A stretch of 64,000 nt of DNA from the human T2T-CHM13v2.0 reference genome, Homo sapiens, in the NCBI RefSeq assembly GCF_009914755.1, contig NC_060933.1. One strand, written 5' to 3'. Shown one piece after another: positions 1-15,800 of this stretch (positions within the stretch are counted from its first letter, which is position 1; each line of letters opens with the position of its first letter). The position numbers and the translations under genes are program-made. The notes under the pieces were generated by a model. It did no database searches and was not told where the DNA came from. It saw only the letters and a list, made by a program, of their open reading frames with translations.

Positions 1-3000
1 GAGTTGATTCCATTCCATTCCATTCCATTCCATTCCATTCCATTCCAGTCCTTTCCATTCCTTTCCATTCCATTACTGATGATTCCATTCCATTCCATTC
101 CATTCCATTCCATTCCATTACATTCCATTCCATTCCGTTCCATTGTACTCGGGTTGATTCCATTCCATTGCATTCCATTCCATTCCATTCCATTCCATTC
201 CATTCCATTCCGTTCCATTCCATTACATTCGGATTGATTCTATTCAACTCCCTTACTCTCCATTACATTCCATTCCATTGGGGTTGTTCCATTCCATTCC
301 ATTCCATTCCACTCCATTCCATTGCACTCGGGTTGATTCCATTCCATTCCATTCCATTCCATTCCATTCCCCTGCACTCGCGTTGATTCCATTCCATTCC
401 ATTCTATTCCATTCCATTCCCTTCCTTTCCGTTCCATTCCATTACATTCCATTCCATTCCGTTCCGTTCCGTTCCATTGCATTCCATTCCATTCTATTCG
501 GGTTAATTCCACTCCATTCCATTCGATTGCAATCGAGTTGATTCCATTCCATTCCATTCCATTCCATTCCATTCCTTTCCATTCCATTACGGATGATTCC
601 ATTCCATTGCATTCCATTCCATTCCATTCCGCTGTACTCGGGTTGATTCCATTCCATTACATTCCAATCCATGCCATTCCACTCGTGTTGATTTCATTCT
701 TTCCATTCCATTCAAGTTGAATCCATTCCATTGCATTCCATTCCATTCGATTCCATTCGATTGCACTCGGGTTGATTCCATTCCACTGCATTCCATTCCA
801 TTCCATTCCATTCCATTCCGTTCCATTCCATTCCATTACATTCGGATTGATTCTATTCAATTCCCTTAGACTCCATTACATTCCATTCCATTCGGGTAGT
901 TTCCATTCCATTCCATTCCATTCCCCTCCATTCCATTGAACTCGGGTTGATTCCATTCCATTCCATTCCATTCCATTCCATTCAATTCCATTCCGTTCCA
1001 TTCCATTCCATTACATTCGGATTGATTCTATTCAACTCCCTTTCTCTCCATTACATTCCATTCCATTCGGGTTGTTCCATTCCATTCCATTCCATTCCAC
1101 TCCATTCCATTGCACTCGGGTTTATTCCATTCCATTCCATTCCATTCCATTCCATTCCATTCCGGAATATTCCATTCCATTGCATTCCATTCCATTCCAT
1201 TCCATTGCATTCCATTCCATTCCATTCCCCTGCACTCGCGTTGATTCCATTCCATTCCATTCCATACCATTCCTTTCCGTTCCATTCCATTCCATTCCAT
1301 TCCATTCCAATCCATTCCATTCCGTTCCGTTCCGTTCCATTCCATTCCATTCCATTCTATTCGGGTTAATTCCATTCCATTCCGTTCGATTGCAATCGAG
1401 TTGATTCCATTCCATTCCATTCCATTCCATTCCATTCCTTTCCATTCCATTACGGATGATTCCATTCCATTGCATTCCGTTCCATTCCATTCCTCTGTAC
1501 TCGGGTTGATTCCATTCCATTCCATTCCAATCCATGCCATTCCACTCGTGTTGATTCCATTCTTTCCATTTGATTCAAGTTGAATCCATTCCTTTGCATT
1601 CCATTCCATTCCATTCCCCTGCAGTCGGGTTGTTTCCATTCCATTCCATTCCATTCCCCTGCTGTCGGGTTGTTTCCATTCCATTCCATTCCATTCCATT
1701 CCATTCCATTCCATTCCGTTCCGTTCCATTCCATTCCATTCCATTCTATTCGGGTTAATTCCATTCCATTCCATTCCATTCCATTCCAATCGAGTTGATT
1801 CCATTCCATTCCATTTCATTCCATTCCACTCCAGTCCTTTCCATTCCTTTCCATTCCATTACGGATGATTCCATTCCATTGCTTTCCATTCCATTCCATT
1901 CCCCTGTACTCGGGTTGATTCCATTCCATTCCATTCCAATCCATGCCATTCCGTTCCGTTCCATTCCATTCCATTCCATTCCATTCCATTCCATTCCGTT
2001 CCGTTTCGGAAGATTCCATTCCATTGCATTCCATTCCATTCCATTCCGTTCCGTTCCGGAAGATTCCATTCCATTGCATTCCATTCCATTCCATTCCCCT
2101 GCACTTGCGTTGATTCCATTCCATTCCATTCCATTCCATTCCATTCCATTCAATTCCATTCCATTACAATTCGTTCCATTCCATTCTATTCCGTACCATT
2201 CCATTCCGTTCCATACCATTCCATTCCATTCCATTCCATTCCGTTCCATTCCGTTCCATTCCATTCCATTCCATTGTATTCGGATTAATTCCATTTCATT
2301 TCATTCCATTCCATTCTATTCCATTCCATTGCAATCGAGTTGAATCCATTGCATTTCATTCCATTCCATTCCATTCCATTCCATTCCGGAAGATTCCATT
2401 CCATTGCATTCCATTCCATTCCATTCCCCTGAACTCGCGTTGATTCCATTCCATTCCATTCCATTCCATTCCATTCCATTCCGTTCCGTCCCATTCCATT
2501 CCATTCCATTCTATTCGGGTTAATTCCATTGCATTCCATTCGATTGCAATCGAGTTGATTCCATTCCATTCCATTCCATTCCATTCCATTCCATTCCTTT
2601 CCATTCCATTACGGATGATTCCATTCCATTGCATTCCATTCCATTCCATTCCCCTGTACTCGGGTTGATTCCATTCCATTCCATTCCAATCCATGCCATT
2701 CCACTCGTGTTGATTCCATTCTTTCCATTCCATTCAAGTTGAATCCATTCCTTTACATTCCATTCCATTCGATTCTATTTGATTGCACTCGGGTTGATTC
2801 CATTCCATTCCATTCCATTCCGTTCCATTCCATTCCATTACATTCGGATTGATTCTATTCAATTCCCTTACACTCCATTACATTCCATTCCATTTGGGTA
2901 GTTTCCATTCCATTCCATTCCATTCCTCTCCATTCCATTGCACGCGGGTTGATTCCATTCCACTGCATTCCATTCCATTCCATTCAATTCCATTCCGTTC

Positions 3001-3500
3001 CATTCCATTCCATTACATTCGGATTGATTCTATTCAACTCCCTTACTCTCCATTACATTCCATTCCATTCGGGTTGTTCCATTCCATTCCATTCCATTCC
3101 ACTCCATTCCATTGCACTCGGGTTGATTCCATTCCATTCCATTCCATTCCATTCCATTCCATTCCATTCCGGAAGATTCCATTCCATTGCATTCCATTCC
3201 ATTCCATTCCCCTGCACTCGCGTTTATTCCATTCCATTCCATTCTATTCCATTCCATTCCCTTCCTTTCCATTCCATTCCATTCCATTCCATTCCGTTCC
3301 GTTCCATTCCATTCCATTCCATTCTATTCGGGTTAATTCCATTCCATTCCATTCGATTGCAATCGAGTTGATTCCATTCCATTCCATTCCATTCCATTCC
3401 ATTCCATTCCATTCTATTCCATTCCATTGCAATCGTGTTGAATCCATTGCATTTGATTCCATTCCATTCCATTCCATTCCATTCCATTCCATTCCATTCC

Positions 3501-3698
3501 ATTCCGGAAGATTCCATTCCATTGCATTCCATTCCATTCCATTCCCCTGCACTCGAGGTGATTCCATTCCATTCCATTCCATTCCATTCCATTCCATTCC
3601 ATTCCGGAAGATTCCATTCCATTGCATTCCATTCCATTCCATTCCCCTGCACTCGAGGTGATTCCATTCCATTCCATTCCATTCCATTCCATTCCATT
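3501..3698 (+). repeat. Exact ~100-bp tandem duplication
   Basis: attccggaag...cccctgcactcgaggtg starts at 3501 and again at 3601. Both copies carry the rare actcgaggtg variant. Confidence 0.9.
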
Positions 3699-6600
3699 CC
3701 GTTCCGTTCCATTCCTCTCCATTCCATTCCGTTCTGTTCCATTCCATTCCATTCCATTCCATTCCATTTCGTTCCATTCCATTCTATTCCGTATCTTTCC
3801 ATTCCATTCCATGCCATTCCACTCCATTCCATTCCATTCCATTCCACTCGTGTTGATTCCATTCCTTTCCATTCCATTCGGTTTGAAGGTATTCCAATCC
3901 ATTCCATTCCATTCCATTGCATTCCATTCCATTCCATTCCATTGTACTCAGGTTGATTCCATTCCATTGCATTCAATTCCATTCCATTCCATTCCATTCC
4001 GTTTCATTCCATTCCATTACATTCGGATTGATTCTATTCAACTCCCTTACTCTCCATTTCATTCCATTCCATTCGGGTTATTCCATTCATTCCATTCCAT
4101 TCCACTCCATTCCATTGCACTCGGGTTGATTCCATTCCATTCCATTCCATTCCATTCCATTCCGGATGATTCCATTCCATTGCATTCCGTTCCATTACAT
4201 TCCCCTGCACTCGCGTTGATTCCATTCCATTCCATTCCATTCCATTCCATTCCATTCAATTCCATTCCATTACAATTCGTTCCATTCCATTCTATTCCGT
4301 AGCATTCCGTTTCATTCCATACCATTCCATTCCATTCCATTCCATTCCATTCCATTTCATTCCATTCCATTCCGTTCCATTCTGTTCCATTCCATTCCAT
4401 TCCATTCTATTCGGATTAATTCCATTCCATTCCATTCCATTCCATTCTATTCCATTCCATTGCAATCAAGTTGAATCCATTGCATTTCATTCCATTCCAT
4501 TCCATTCCATTCCATTCCGGAAGATTCCATTCCATTGCATTCCATTCCATTCCATTCCCCTGCACTCGCGTTGATTCCATTCCATTCCATTCCATTCCAT
4601 TCCATTCCGTTCCGTTCCATTCCATTCCATTCCATTCCATTCCATTACGTTCCGTTCCATTCCATTCCATTCCAGTCTATTCGGGTTAATTCCATTCCAT
4701 TCCATTCGTTTGCAATCGTGTTGATTCCATTCCATTCCATTCCATTCCATTCCATTCCATTCCATTCCTTTCCATTCCATTACGGATGATTCCATTCCAT
4801 TGCATTCCATTCCATTCCATTCCCCTGTACTCGGGTTGATTCCATTCCATTGCATTCCAATCCATGCCCTTCCACTCGTGTTGATTCCATTCTTTCCATT
4901 CCATTCAAATTGAATCCATTCCATTGCATTCCATTCCATTCGATTCCATTCGATTGCACTCGGGTTGATTCCATTCCATTGCATCCCATTCCATTCCATT
5001 CAATTCCATTCCGTTCCATTCCATTCCATTACATTCGGATTGATTCTATTCAACTCCCTTTGTCTCCATTACATTCCATTCCATTCGGGTTGTTCCATTC
5101 CATTCCATTCCATTCCACTCCATTCCATTGCACTCGGGTTTATTCCATTCCATTCCTTTCCATTCCATTCAATTCCATTCCATTCCGGAAGATTGCATTC
5201 CATTGCATTCCATTCCATTCTATTCCCCTGCACTCGCGTTGATTCCATTCCATTCCATTCCATTCCATTCCATTCCATTCCATTCCTTTCCGTTCCGTTC
5301 CATTCCATTCCATTCCATTCCGTTGCGTTCCATTCCATTCCATTACATTCGGATTGATTCTATTCAATTCCCTTACACTCCATTACATTCCATTCCATTC
5401 GGGTAGTTTCCATTGCATTCCATTCCATTCCTCTCCATTCCATTGCACTCGGGTTAATTCCATTCCATTGCATTCCATTCCATTCCATTCCATTCAATTC
5501 CATTCCGTTCCATTCCATTCCATTGTACTCGGGTTGATTCCATTCCATTGCATTCCATTCCATTCCATTCCATTCCGTTCCGTTGCATTCCATTCCATTA
5601 CATTCGGATTGATTCTATTCAACTCCCTTACTCTCCATTACATTCCATTCCATTCGGGTTGTTCCATTCCATTCCATTCCATTCCACTCCATTCCATTGC
5701 ACTCGGGTTGATTCCATTCCATTCCATTCCATTCCATTCCATTCCATTCCATTCCATTCCGGATGATTCCATTCCATTGCATTCCGTTCCATTACATTCC
5801 CCTGCACTCGCGTTGATTCCATTCCATTCCATTCCATTCCATTCAATTACATTCCATTACAATTCGTTCCATTCCATTCTATTCCGTACCATTCTATTCC
5901 ATTCCATACCATTCCATTCCATTCCATTCCATTCCATTCCTTTCCGTTCCATTCTGTTCCATTCCATTCCATTCCATTCTATTCTGGTTAATTCCATTCC
6001 ATTCCATTCCTTTCCATTCCATTACGGATGATTCCATTCCATTGCATTCCATTCCATTCCATTTTCCTCTACTCGGGTTGATTCCATTCCATTCCATTCC
6101 AATCCATGCCATTCCACTCGTGTTGATTCCATTCTTTCCATTCCATTCAAGTTGAATGCATTCCATTGCATTCCATTCCTTTCCATTCACCTGCAGTCGG
6201 GTTGATTCCATTCCATTCCATTCCATTCCATTCCATTCCATTCTGTTCCGTTCCGTTCCATTCCATTCCATTCCATTCTATTCGGGTTAATTCCATTCCA
6301 TTCCATTCCATTCCATTCCATTCCATTCCAATCGAGTTGATTCCATTCCATTCCATTCCATTCCATTCCATTCCATTCCATTCCAGTCCTTTCCATTCCA
6401 TTCCACTCGGGTTGATTCCAATGTATTCCTTTCCATTCCATTCCATTCCATTGCAATCGAGTTGATTCCATTGCTTTGCATTCCATTCCATTCCATTCCA
6501 TTCCGGATGATTCCATTCTATTGCATTCCATTCCATTCCATTCCCCTGCACTCGGGTTGATTCCATTCCATTCCACTCCATTCCGTTCCATTCCATTCCA

Positions 6601-9600
6601 TTCCATTGTATTCGGGTTAATTCCATTCCATTCCATTCCATTCCATTCCATTCCATTCCATTCCATTCCTTTCCATTACAATCGAGTTGATTCCATTCCA
6701 TTCCATTCCATTCCATTCCATTCCATTCCAGTCCTTTCCATTCCATTCCATTCCATTCTATTCGGTTTAATTCCATTCCTTTCCATTCCATTCCATTCCA
6801 TTCCATTCTATTCCATTCCATTCCCTTCCTTTCCTTTCCGTTCCATTCCATTCCATTCCATTCCATTCTATTCGGTTTAATTCCATTCCATTCCATTCCA
6901 TTCCATTCTATTCCATTCCATGGCAATCGAGTTGAATGCATTGCATTCCATTCCATTCCATTCCATTCCATTCCATTCCATTCCGGAAGATTCCATTCCA
7001 TTGCATTCCATTCCATTCCATTCCATTCCATTCCATTGTACTCGTGTTGCTTCCATTACATTGCATTCCATTCCATTCCATTCCATTCCATTCCATTCCG
7101 TTCCATTCCATTCCATTACATTCGGATTGATTCTTTTCAACTCCCTTAATCTCCATTACATTCCATTCCATTCGGGTTGGTCCATTCCATTCCATTCCAT
7201 TCAACTCCATTCCATTGCACTCGGGTTGATTCCATTCCATTCCATTCCTTTCCATTCCGGATGATTCCATTCCATTGCATTCCGTTTCATTACATTCCCC
7301 TGCACTCGGGTTGATTCCATTCCATTCCATTCCATTCCATTCGATTCCATTCCATTCCCCTGCACTCGCGTTGATTCCATTCCATTCCATTCCATTCCAT
7401 TCCATTCCATTCCATTCCTTTCCATTCCAGTCCTTTCCATTCCATTCCACTCGGGTTGATTCCATTCTATTATTTTCCATTCCATTCCATTCCCTTCCAT
7501 TCCACTCTGGTTGATTCCATTCCTTTCCATTCCACTCGAATACATTCCCTCCTATTCCACTCGGAACGATTCCATTCCATTCCATTCCATTCTATTCCAT
7601 TCCATTCCATTCCACTCCATTCTATTCCATTCCATTCCATTCCATTCCATTCCTTTCCATTCCAGTCCTTTCCATTCCATTCCACTCGGGTTGATTCCAT
7701 TCTATTAGTTTCCATTCCATTCCATTCCCTTCCATTCCACTCTGGTTGATTCCATTCCATTCCATTCCATTCCATTCCATTCCATTCCATTCCATTTTGT
7801 TCCATTCCATTCTATTCCGTATCATTCCATTCCATTCCATTCCATTCCATTGCATTCCATTCCATTCCACTCGTGTTGATTCCATTCCTTTCCATTCCAT
7901 TCGGTTTGAAGGCATTCCATTCCATTCCGTTCCATTCCATTCCATTCCATTCCATTCCATTTCATTGTACTCGGGTTGATTCCATTCCATTGGATTCCAT
8001 TCCATTACATTCCATTCCATTCCGATGCATTCCATTCCATTACATTCGGATTGATTCTATTCAACTCCCTTACTCTCCATTACATTCCATTCCATTCGGG
8101 TTGTTCCATTCCATTCCATTCCATTCCACTCCATTCCATTGCTCTCGGGTTGATTCCATTCCATTCCATTCCATTCCATTCCATTACGGATGATTCCATT
8201 CCATTGCATTCCGTTCCATTACATTCCCCTAAACTCGCGTTGATTCCATTCCATTCCATTCCATTCCATTCAATTCCGTTCCATTACAATTCGTTCCATT
8301 CCATTCTATTCCATACCATTCCATTCCATTCCATACCATTCCATTGCATTCCATTCCATTCCATTCCGTTCCATTCCGTTCCATTCCATTCCATTCCATT
8401 CTATTCGGGTTAATTCCATTCCATTCCATTCCATTCCATTCCATTCCATTCCATTCCATTCTATTCCATTCCATTGCAATCGAGTTGAATCCATTGCATT
8501 TCATTCCATTCCATTCCATTCCGGAAGATTCCATTCCATTGCATTCCATTCCATTCCATTCCCCTGCACTCGCGTTGATTCCATTCCATTCCATTCCATT
8601 CCATTCCATTCCATTCCGTTCCGTTCCGTTCCATTCCATTCCATTCCATTCCATTCCGTTCCGTTCCATTCCATTCCATTCCATTCTATTCGGGTTAATT
8701 CCATTCCATTCCATTCGATTGCAATCGAGTTGATTCCATTCCATTCCATTCCATTCCATTCCATTCCATTCCTTTCCATTCCATTACGGATGATTCCATT
8801 CCATTGCATTCCATTCCAATCCATTCCCCTGTACTCGGCTTGATTCCATTCCATTCTATTCCAATCCATGCCATTCCACTCGTGTTGATTCCATTCTTTC
8901 CATTCCATTCAAGTTGAATCCATTCCATTGCATTCCATTCCATTCGATTCCATTCGATTGCACTCGGGTTGATTCCATTCCATTGCATTCCATTCCATTC
9001 CATTCCATTCCATTCCATTCCATTCCCTTCCATTCCATTCCATTACATTCGGATTGATTCTATTCAACTCCCTTACTCTCCATTCCATTCCATTCCATTC
9101 GGGTTGTTCCATTCCATTCCATTCCATTCCACTCCATTCCATTGCACTCGGGTTTATTCCATTCCATTCCATTCCATTCCATTCCATTCCATTCCATTCC
9201 ATTCTATTCCATTCCGAAAGATTCCATTCCATTGCATTCCATTCCATTCCATTCCCCTGCACTCGCGTTGATTCCATTCCATTCCATTCCATTCCATTCC
9301 ATTCCATTCCATTCCATCCCTTTCCGTTCCATTCCATTCCATTCCATTCCATTCCATTCCAATCCATTCCATTCCGTTCCGTTCCATTCCATTCCAATCC
9401 ATTCCATTCTATTCGGTTTAATTCCATTCCATTCCATTCGATTGCAATCCAGTTGATTCCATTCCATTCCATTCCATTCCATTCCATTCCATTATATTCC
9501 TTTCCATTCCATTACGGATGATTCCATTCCATTGCATTCCATTCCATTCCATTCCCCTGTACTCGGGTTGATTCTATTCCATTCCATTCCAATCCATGCC

Positions 9601-11289
9601 ATTCCACTCGTGTTGATTCCATTCTTTCCATTCCATTCAAGTTGAATCCATTCCATTGCATTCCATTCCATTCCATTCCCCTGCAGTCGGGTTGATTCCA
9701 TTCCATTCCATTCCATTCCATTCCATTCCATTCCGTTCCGTTACATTCCATTCCACTCCATTCTCTTCGGGTTAATTCCATTCCATTCCATTACATTCCA
9801 TTCCATTCCAATCGAGTTGATTCCATTCCATTCCATTCCATTCCATTCCACTCCATTCCACTCCTTTCCATTCCATTCCACTCGGGTTGATTCCAATGTA
9901 TTCCTTTCCATTCCATTCCATTCCATTGCAATCGAGTTGATTCCATTGCTTTGCATTCCATTCCATTCCATTCCATTCCGGATGATTCCATTCCGTTGCA
10001 TTCCATACCATTCTAATCCCCTGCACTCGGGTTGATTCCATTCCATTCCACTCCATTCCGTTCCATTCCATTCCATTCCATTGTATTCGGGTTAATTCCA
10101 TTCCATTCCATTCCATTCCATTCCATTCCATTCCATTCCATTACAATCGAGTTGATTCCATTCCATTCCATTCCATTCCAGTCCTTTCCATTCCATTCCA
10201 CTCGGGTTGATTCCATTCTATTAGTTTCCATTCCATTCCATTCCCTTCCATTCCAATCTGGTTGATTCCATTCCTTTCCATTCCACACGAATACATTCCC
10301 TTCTATTCCACTCGGAACGATTCCATTCCATTCGATTCCAATCCATTCCATTCCATTCCATTCCATTTCGTTCCATTCCATTTTATTCCGTATCATTCCA
10401 TTCCATTCCATTCCATTCCATTCCATTCCATTCCATTGTACTCGGGTTGATTCCATTCGATTGCATTCCATTCCATTCCATTCCATTCCATTCCATTCCA
10501 TTCCGTTGCATTCCATTCCATTACATTCGGATTCATTCTATTCAACTCCCTTACTCTCCATTACATTCCATTCCATTCGGGTTGTTCCATTCCATTCCAT
10601 TCCATTCCATTCCATTCCATTCCATTCCATTTCACTCGGGTTGATTCCATTCCTTTCCATTCCTTTCCATTCCATTCCATTCCGGATGATTCCATTCCAT
10701 TGCATTCCGTTCCATTACATTCCCCTGCTCTCGCGTTGATTCCATTCCATTCCATTCCATTCCATTCAATCCCATTCCATTACAGTTCGTTCCATTCCAT
10801 TCTATTCCGTACCATTCCATTCCATTCCATACCATTCCATTCCATTCCATTCCATTCCATTCCATTCGGTTCCATTCCGTTCCATTCCATTCCATTCCAT
10901 TCTATTCGGATTAATTCCATTCCATTCCATTCCATTCCATTCAATTCCATTCCATTACAATTCGTTCCATTCCATTCTATTCCGTACCATTCCATTCCGT
11001 TCCATACCATTCCATTCCATTCCATTCCATTCCGTTCCATTCCGTTTCATTACATTCCATTCCATTCTATTCGAATTAAATCCATTCCATTCCATTCCAT
11101 TCCATTCTATTCCATTCCATTGCAATCGAGTTGAACCCATTGCATTTCATTCCATTCCATTCCATTCCATTCCATTCCGGAAGATTCCATTCCATTGCAT
11201 TCCATTCCAATCCATTCCCCTGCACTCGAGTTGATTCCATGCCATTCCATTCCATTCCATTCCATTCCGTTCCGTTCCGTTCCATTCCA

Positions 11290-12860
11290 TTCCATTACAT
11301 TCGGATTCATTCTATTCAACTCCCTTACTGTCCATTACATTCCATTCCATTCGGGTTGTTCCATTCCATTCCATTCCATTCCACTCCATTCCATTGCACT
11401 CGGGTTGATTCCATTCCATTCCATTCCATTCCATTCCATTCCATTGCATTCCGGAAGATTCCATTCCATTGCATTCCATTCCATTCCATTCTCCTGCACT
11501 CGCGTTGATTCCATTCCATTCCATTCTATTCCATTCCATTCCCTTCCTTTTCGTTCCATTCCATTCCATTCCATTCCATTCCATTCTATTCGGGTTAATT
11601 CCATTCCATTCCATTCCATTCCATTACAATCGAGTTGATTCCATTCCATTCCATTCCATTCCAGTCTTTTCCATTCCATTCCTCTCGGGTTGATTCCATT
11701 CTATTAGTTTCCATTCCATTCCATTCCCTTCCATTCCACTCTGGTTGATTCCATTCCTTTCCATTCCACTCGAATACATTCCCTCCTATTCCACTCGGAA
11801 CGATTCCATTCCATTCCGTTCCATTCCATTCCATTCCATTCCATTCCATTCCATTTCGTTCCATTCCATTCTATTCCGTATCATTCCATTCCATTCAATT
11901 CCCTTCCATTCCATTCCATTCCATTTCGTTCCATTCCATTCTATTCCGTATCATTCCATTCCATTCCATTCCATTCCATTCCATTCCATTCCATTCCATT
12001 CCATTGAACTCGGGTTGATTCCATTCCATTCCATTCCATTCCATTCCATTCAATTCCATTCCGTTCCATTCCATTCCATTACATTCTGATTCATTCTATT
12101 CAACTCCCTTACTCTCCATTCCATTCCATTCCATTCTGGTTGTTCCATTCCATTCCATTCCATTCCACTCCATTCCATTGCACTCGGGTTGATTCCATTC
12201 CATTCCATTCCATTCCATTCCATTCCATTCCGGAAGATTCCATTCCATTGCATTCCATTCCATTCCATTCCCCTGCACTCGCGTTGATTCCATTCCATTC
12301 CATTCTATTCCATTCCATTCTCTTCCTTTTCGTTCCATTCCATTCCATTCCATTCCATTCCATTCCATTCCATTCGGGTTAATTCCATTCCATTCCATTC
12401 CATTCCATTACAATCGAGTTGATTCCATTCCATTCCATTCCATTCCAGTCTTTTCCATTCCATTCCTCTCGGGTTGATTCCATTCTATTAGTTTCCATTC
12501 CATTCCATTCCCTTCCATTCCACTCTGGTTGATTCCATTCCTTTCCATTCCACTCGAATACATTCCCTCCTATTCCACTCGGAACGATTCCATTCCATTC
12601 CATTCCATTCCATTCCATTCCATTCCATTCCATTCCATTCCATTCCATTTCGTTCCATTCCATTCTATTCCGTATCATTCCATTCCATTCCATTCCATTC
12701 CATTCCATTCCATTCCATTCCATTGTACTCGGGTTGATTCAATTCCATTGCATTCCATTCCATTCCAGTCCATTCCATTCCGTTGCATTCCATTCCATTA
12801 CATTCGGATTGATTCTATTCAACTCCCTTACTCTCCATTACATTCCATTCCATTCGGGTT
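11290..12860 (+). repeat. 784-bp tandem duplication
   Basis: Offsets 11312/12096 and 11745/12529 both equal 784. Shared variants are ccttttcgttcc, ccagtcttttcc and cctctcgggttg. Confidence 0.85.
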
Positions 12861-15800
12861 GTTCCATTCCATTCCATTCCATTCCACTCCATTCCATTGC
12901 ACTCGGGTTGATTCCATTCCATTCCTTCCATTCCATTCCATTGCGGATGATTCCATTCCATTGCATTCCGTTCAATTACATTCCCCTGCACTCGCGTTGA
13001 TTCCATTCCATTCCATTCCATTCCATTCAATTCCATTCCATTACAATTCGTTCCATTCCATTCTATTCCGTACCATTCCATTCCATTCCATACCATTCCA
13101 TTCCATTCCATTCCATTCCGTTCCATTCCGTTCCATTACATTCCATTCCATTCTATTCGAATTAGTTCCATTCCATTCCATTCCATTCCATTCTATTCCA
13201 TTCCATTGCAATCGAGTTGAACCCATTGCATTTCATTCCATTCCATTCCATTCCATTCCATTCCGGAAGATTCCATTCCATTGCATTCCATTCCAATCCA
13301 TTCCCCTGCACTCGAGTTGATTCCATTCCATTCCACTCCATTCCATTCCATTCCGTTCCGTTCCATTCCATTCCATTCCATTCCATTCCATTCCATTACG
13401 TTCCGTTCCATTCCATTCCATTCCATTCTATTCGGGTTAATTCCATTCCATTCCATTCGATTGCAATCGAGTTGATTCCATTCCATTCCATTCCATTCCA
13501 TTCCATTCCTTTCCATTCCATTCCGGAAGATTCCATTCCATTGCATTCCATTCCATTCCATTCCCCTGCACTCGCGTTGATTCCATTCCATTCCATTCCA
13601 TCCCATTCCATTCCGTTCCGTTCCATTCCATTCCATTCCATTCCATTCCATTCCGTTCCGTTCCATTCCATTCCATTCTATTCTATTCGGGTTAATTCCA
13701 TTTAATTCCATTCGATTGCAATCGAGTTGATTCCATTCCATTCCATTCCATTCCATTCCATTCCATTCCATTCCATTCCATTCCTTTCCATTCCATTACG
13801 GATGATTCCATTCCATTGCATTCCATTCCATTCCATTCCCCTGTACTCGGGTTGATTCCATTCCATTCCATTCCAATCCATGCCATTCCATTCGTGTTGA
13901 TTCCATTCTTTCCATTCCATTCAAGTTGAATCCATTCCATTCTATTCCATTCCATTCGATTCCATTCGATTGCACTCGGGTTGATTCCATTCCATTGCAT
14001 TCCATTCCATTCCATTCCATTCCAATCCATTCCGTTCCATTCGATTCCATTACATTCGGATTGATTCTATTCAATTCCCTTACACTCCATTACATTCCAT
14101 TCCATTCGGGTAGTTTCCATTCCATTCCATTCCATTCCTCTCCATTCCATTGCACTCGGGTTGATTCCATTCCATTGCATTCCATTCCATTCCATTCAAT
14201 TCCATTCCGTTCCATTCCATTCCATTACATTCGGATTGATTCTATTCAACTCCCTTACTCTCCATTACATTCCATTCCATTCGGGTTGTTCCATTCCATT
14301 ACATTCCATTCCACTCCATTCCATTGCACTCGGGTTGATTCCATTCCATTCCATTCCATTCCATTCCATTCCGGAAGATTCCATTCCATTGCATTCCATT
14401 CCATTCCATTCCCCTGCACTCGCGTTGATTCCATTCCATTCCATTCCATTCCATTCCGTTCCGTTCCGTTCCATTCCATTCCATTCCATTCCATTCCATT
14501 CCGTTCCGTTCCATTCCATTCCATTCCATTCTATTCGGGTTAATTCCATTCCATTCCATTCGATTGCAGTCGATTTGATTCCATTCCATTCCATTCCATT
14601 CCATTCCATTCCTTTCCATTCCATTACGGATGATTCCATTCCATTGCATTCCATTCCATTCCATTCCCCTGCACTCGCGTTGATTCCATTCCATTCCATT
14701 CCATTCCATTCCGTTCCGTTCCGTTCCATTCCATTCCATTCCATTCCATTCAATTCCATTCCGTTCCATTCCATTCCATTCCATTCGGATTGATTCTATT
14801 CAACTCCCTTACTCTCCATTACATTCCATTCCATTCAGGTTGTTCCATTCCATTCCATTCCATTCCACTCCATTCCATTGCACTCGGGTTGATTCCATTC
14901 CATTCCATTCCATTCCATTCCATTCCATTCCGGAAGATTCCATTCCATTGCATTCCATTCCATTCCATTCCCCTGCACTCACGTTGATTCCATTCCATTC
15001 CATTCTATTCCATTCCATTCCCTTCCTTTCCGTTCCATTCCATTCCATTCCATTCCATTCCATTGCATTCCGTTCTGTTCCATTCCATTCCATTCCATTC
15101 CATTCTAATCGGGTTAATTCCATTCCATTCCATTCGATTCCAATCGAGTTGATTCCATTCCATTCCATTCCATTCCATTCCATTCCATTCAATTCCATTC
15201 CTTTCCATTCCATTACGGATGATTCCATTCCATTGCATTCCATTCCATTCCATTCCCCTGTACTCGGGTTGATTCCATTCCATTCCATTCCAATCCATGC
15301 CATTCCACTCGTGTTGATTCCATTCTTTCCATTCCATTCAAGTTGAATCCATTCCATTGCATTCTTTTCCATTCGATTCCATTCGATTGCACTCGGGTTG
15401 ATTCCATTCCATTGCATTCCATTCCATTCCAATACCTTCCATTCCGTTGCATTCCATTCCATTACATTCGGATTGATTGTATTCAACTCCCTTACTCTCC
15501 ATTCCATTCCATTCCATTCGGGTTGTTCCATTCCATTCCATTCCATTCCACTCCATTCCATTGCACTCGGGTTGATTCCATACCATTCAATTCCATTCCA
15601 TTCCATTCTGGATGATTCCATTCAATTGCATTCCGTTCCATGACATTCCCCTGCACTCGCGTTGATTCCATTCCATTCCATTCCATTCCATTCCGTTTCA
15701 TTCCATTCCATTACATTCGGATTGATTCTATTCAATTCCCTTACACTCCATTACATTCCATTCCATTTGGGTAGTTTCCATTCCATTCCATTCCATTCCT

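Noticed and set aside
3765-3785. TTTCGTTCC resembling the start of a CENP-B box
   Set aside because: It lacks the remaining required positions (A..CGGG at the right spacing), and there is no alpha satellite here.
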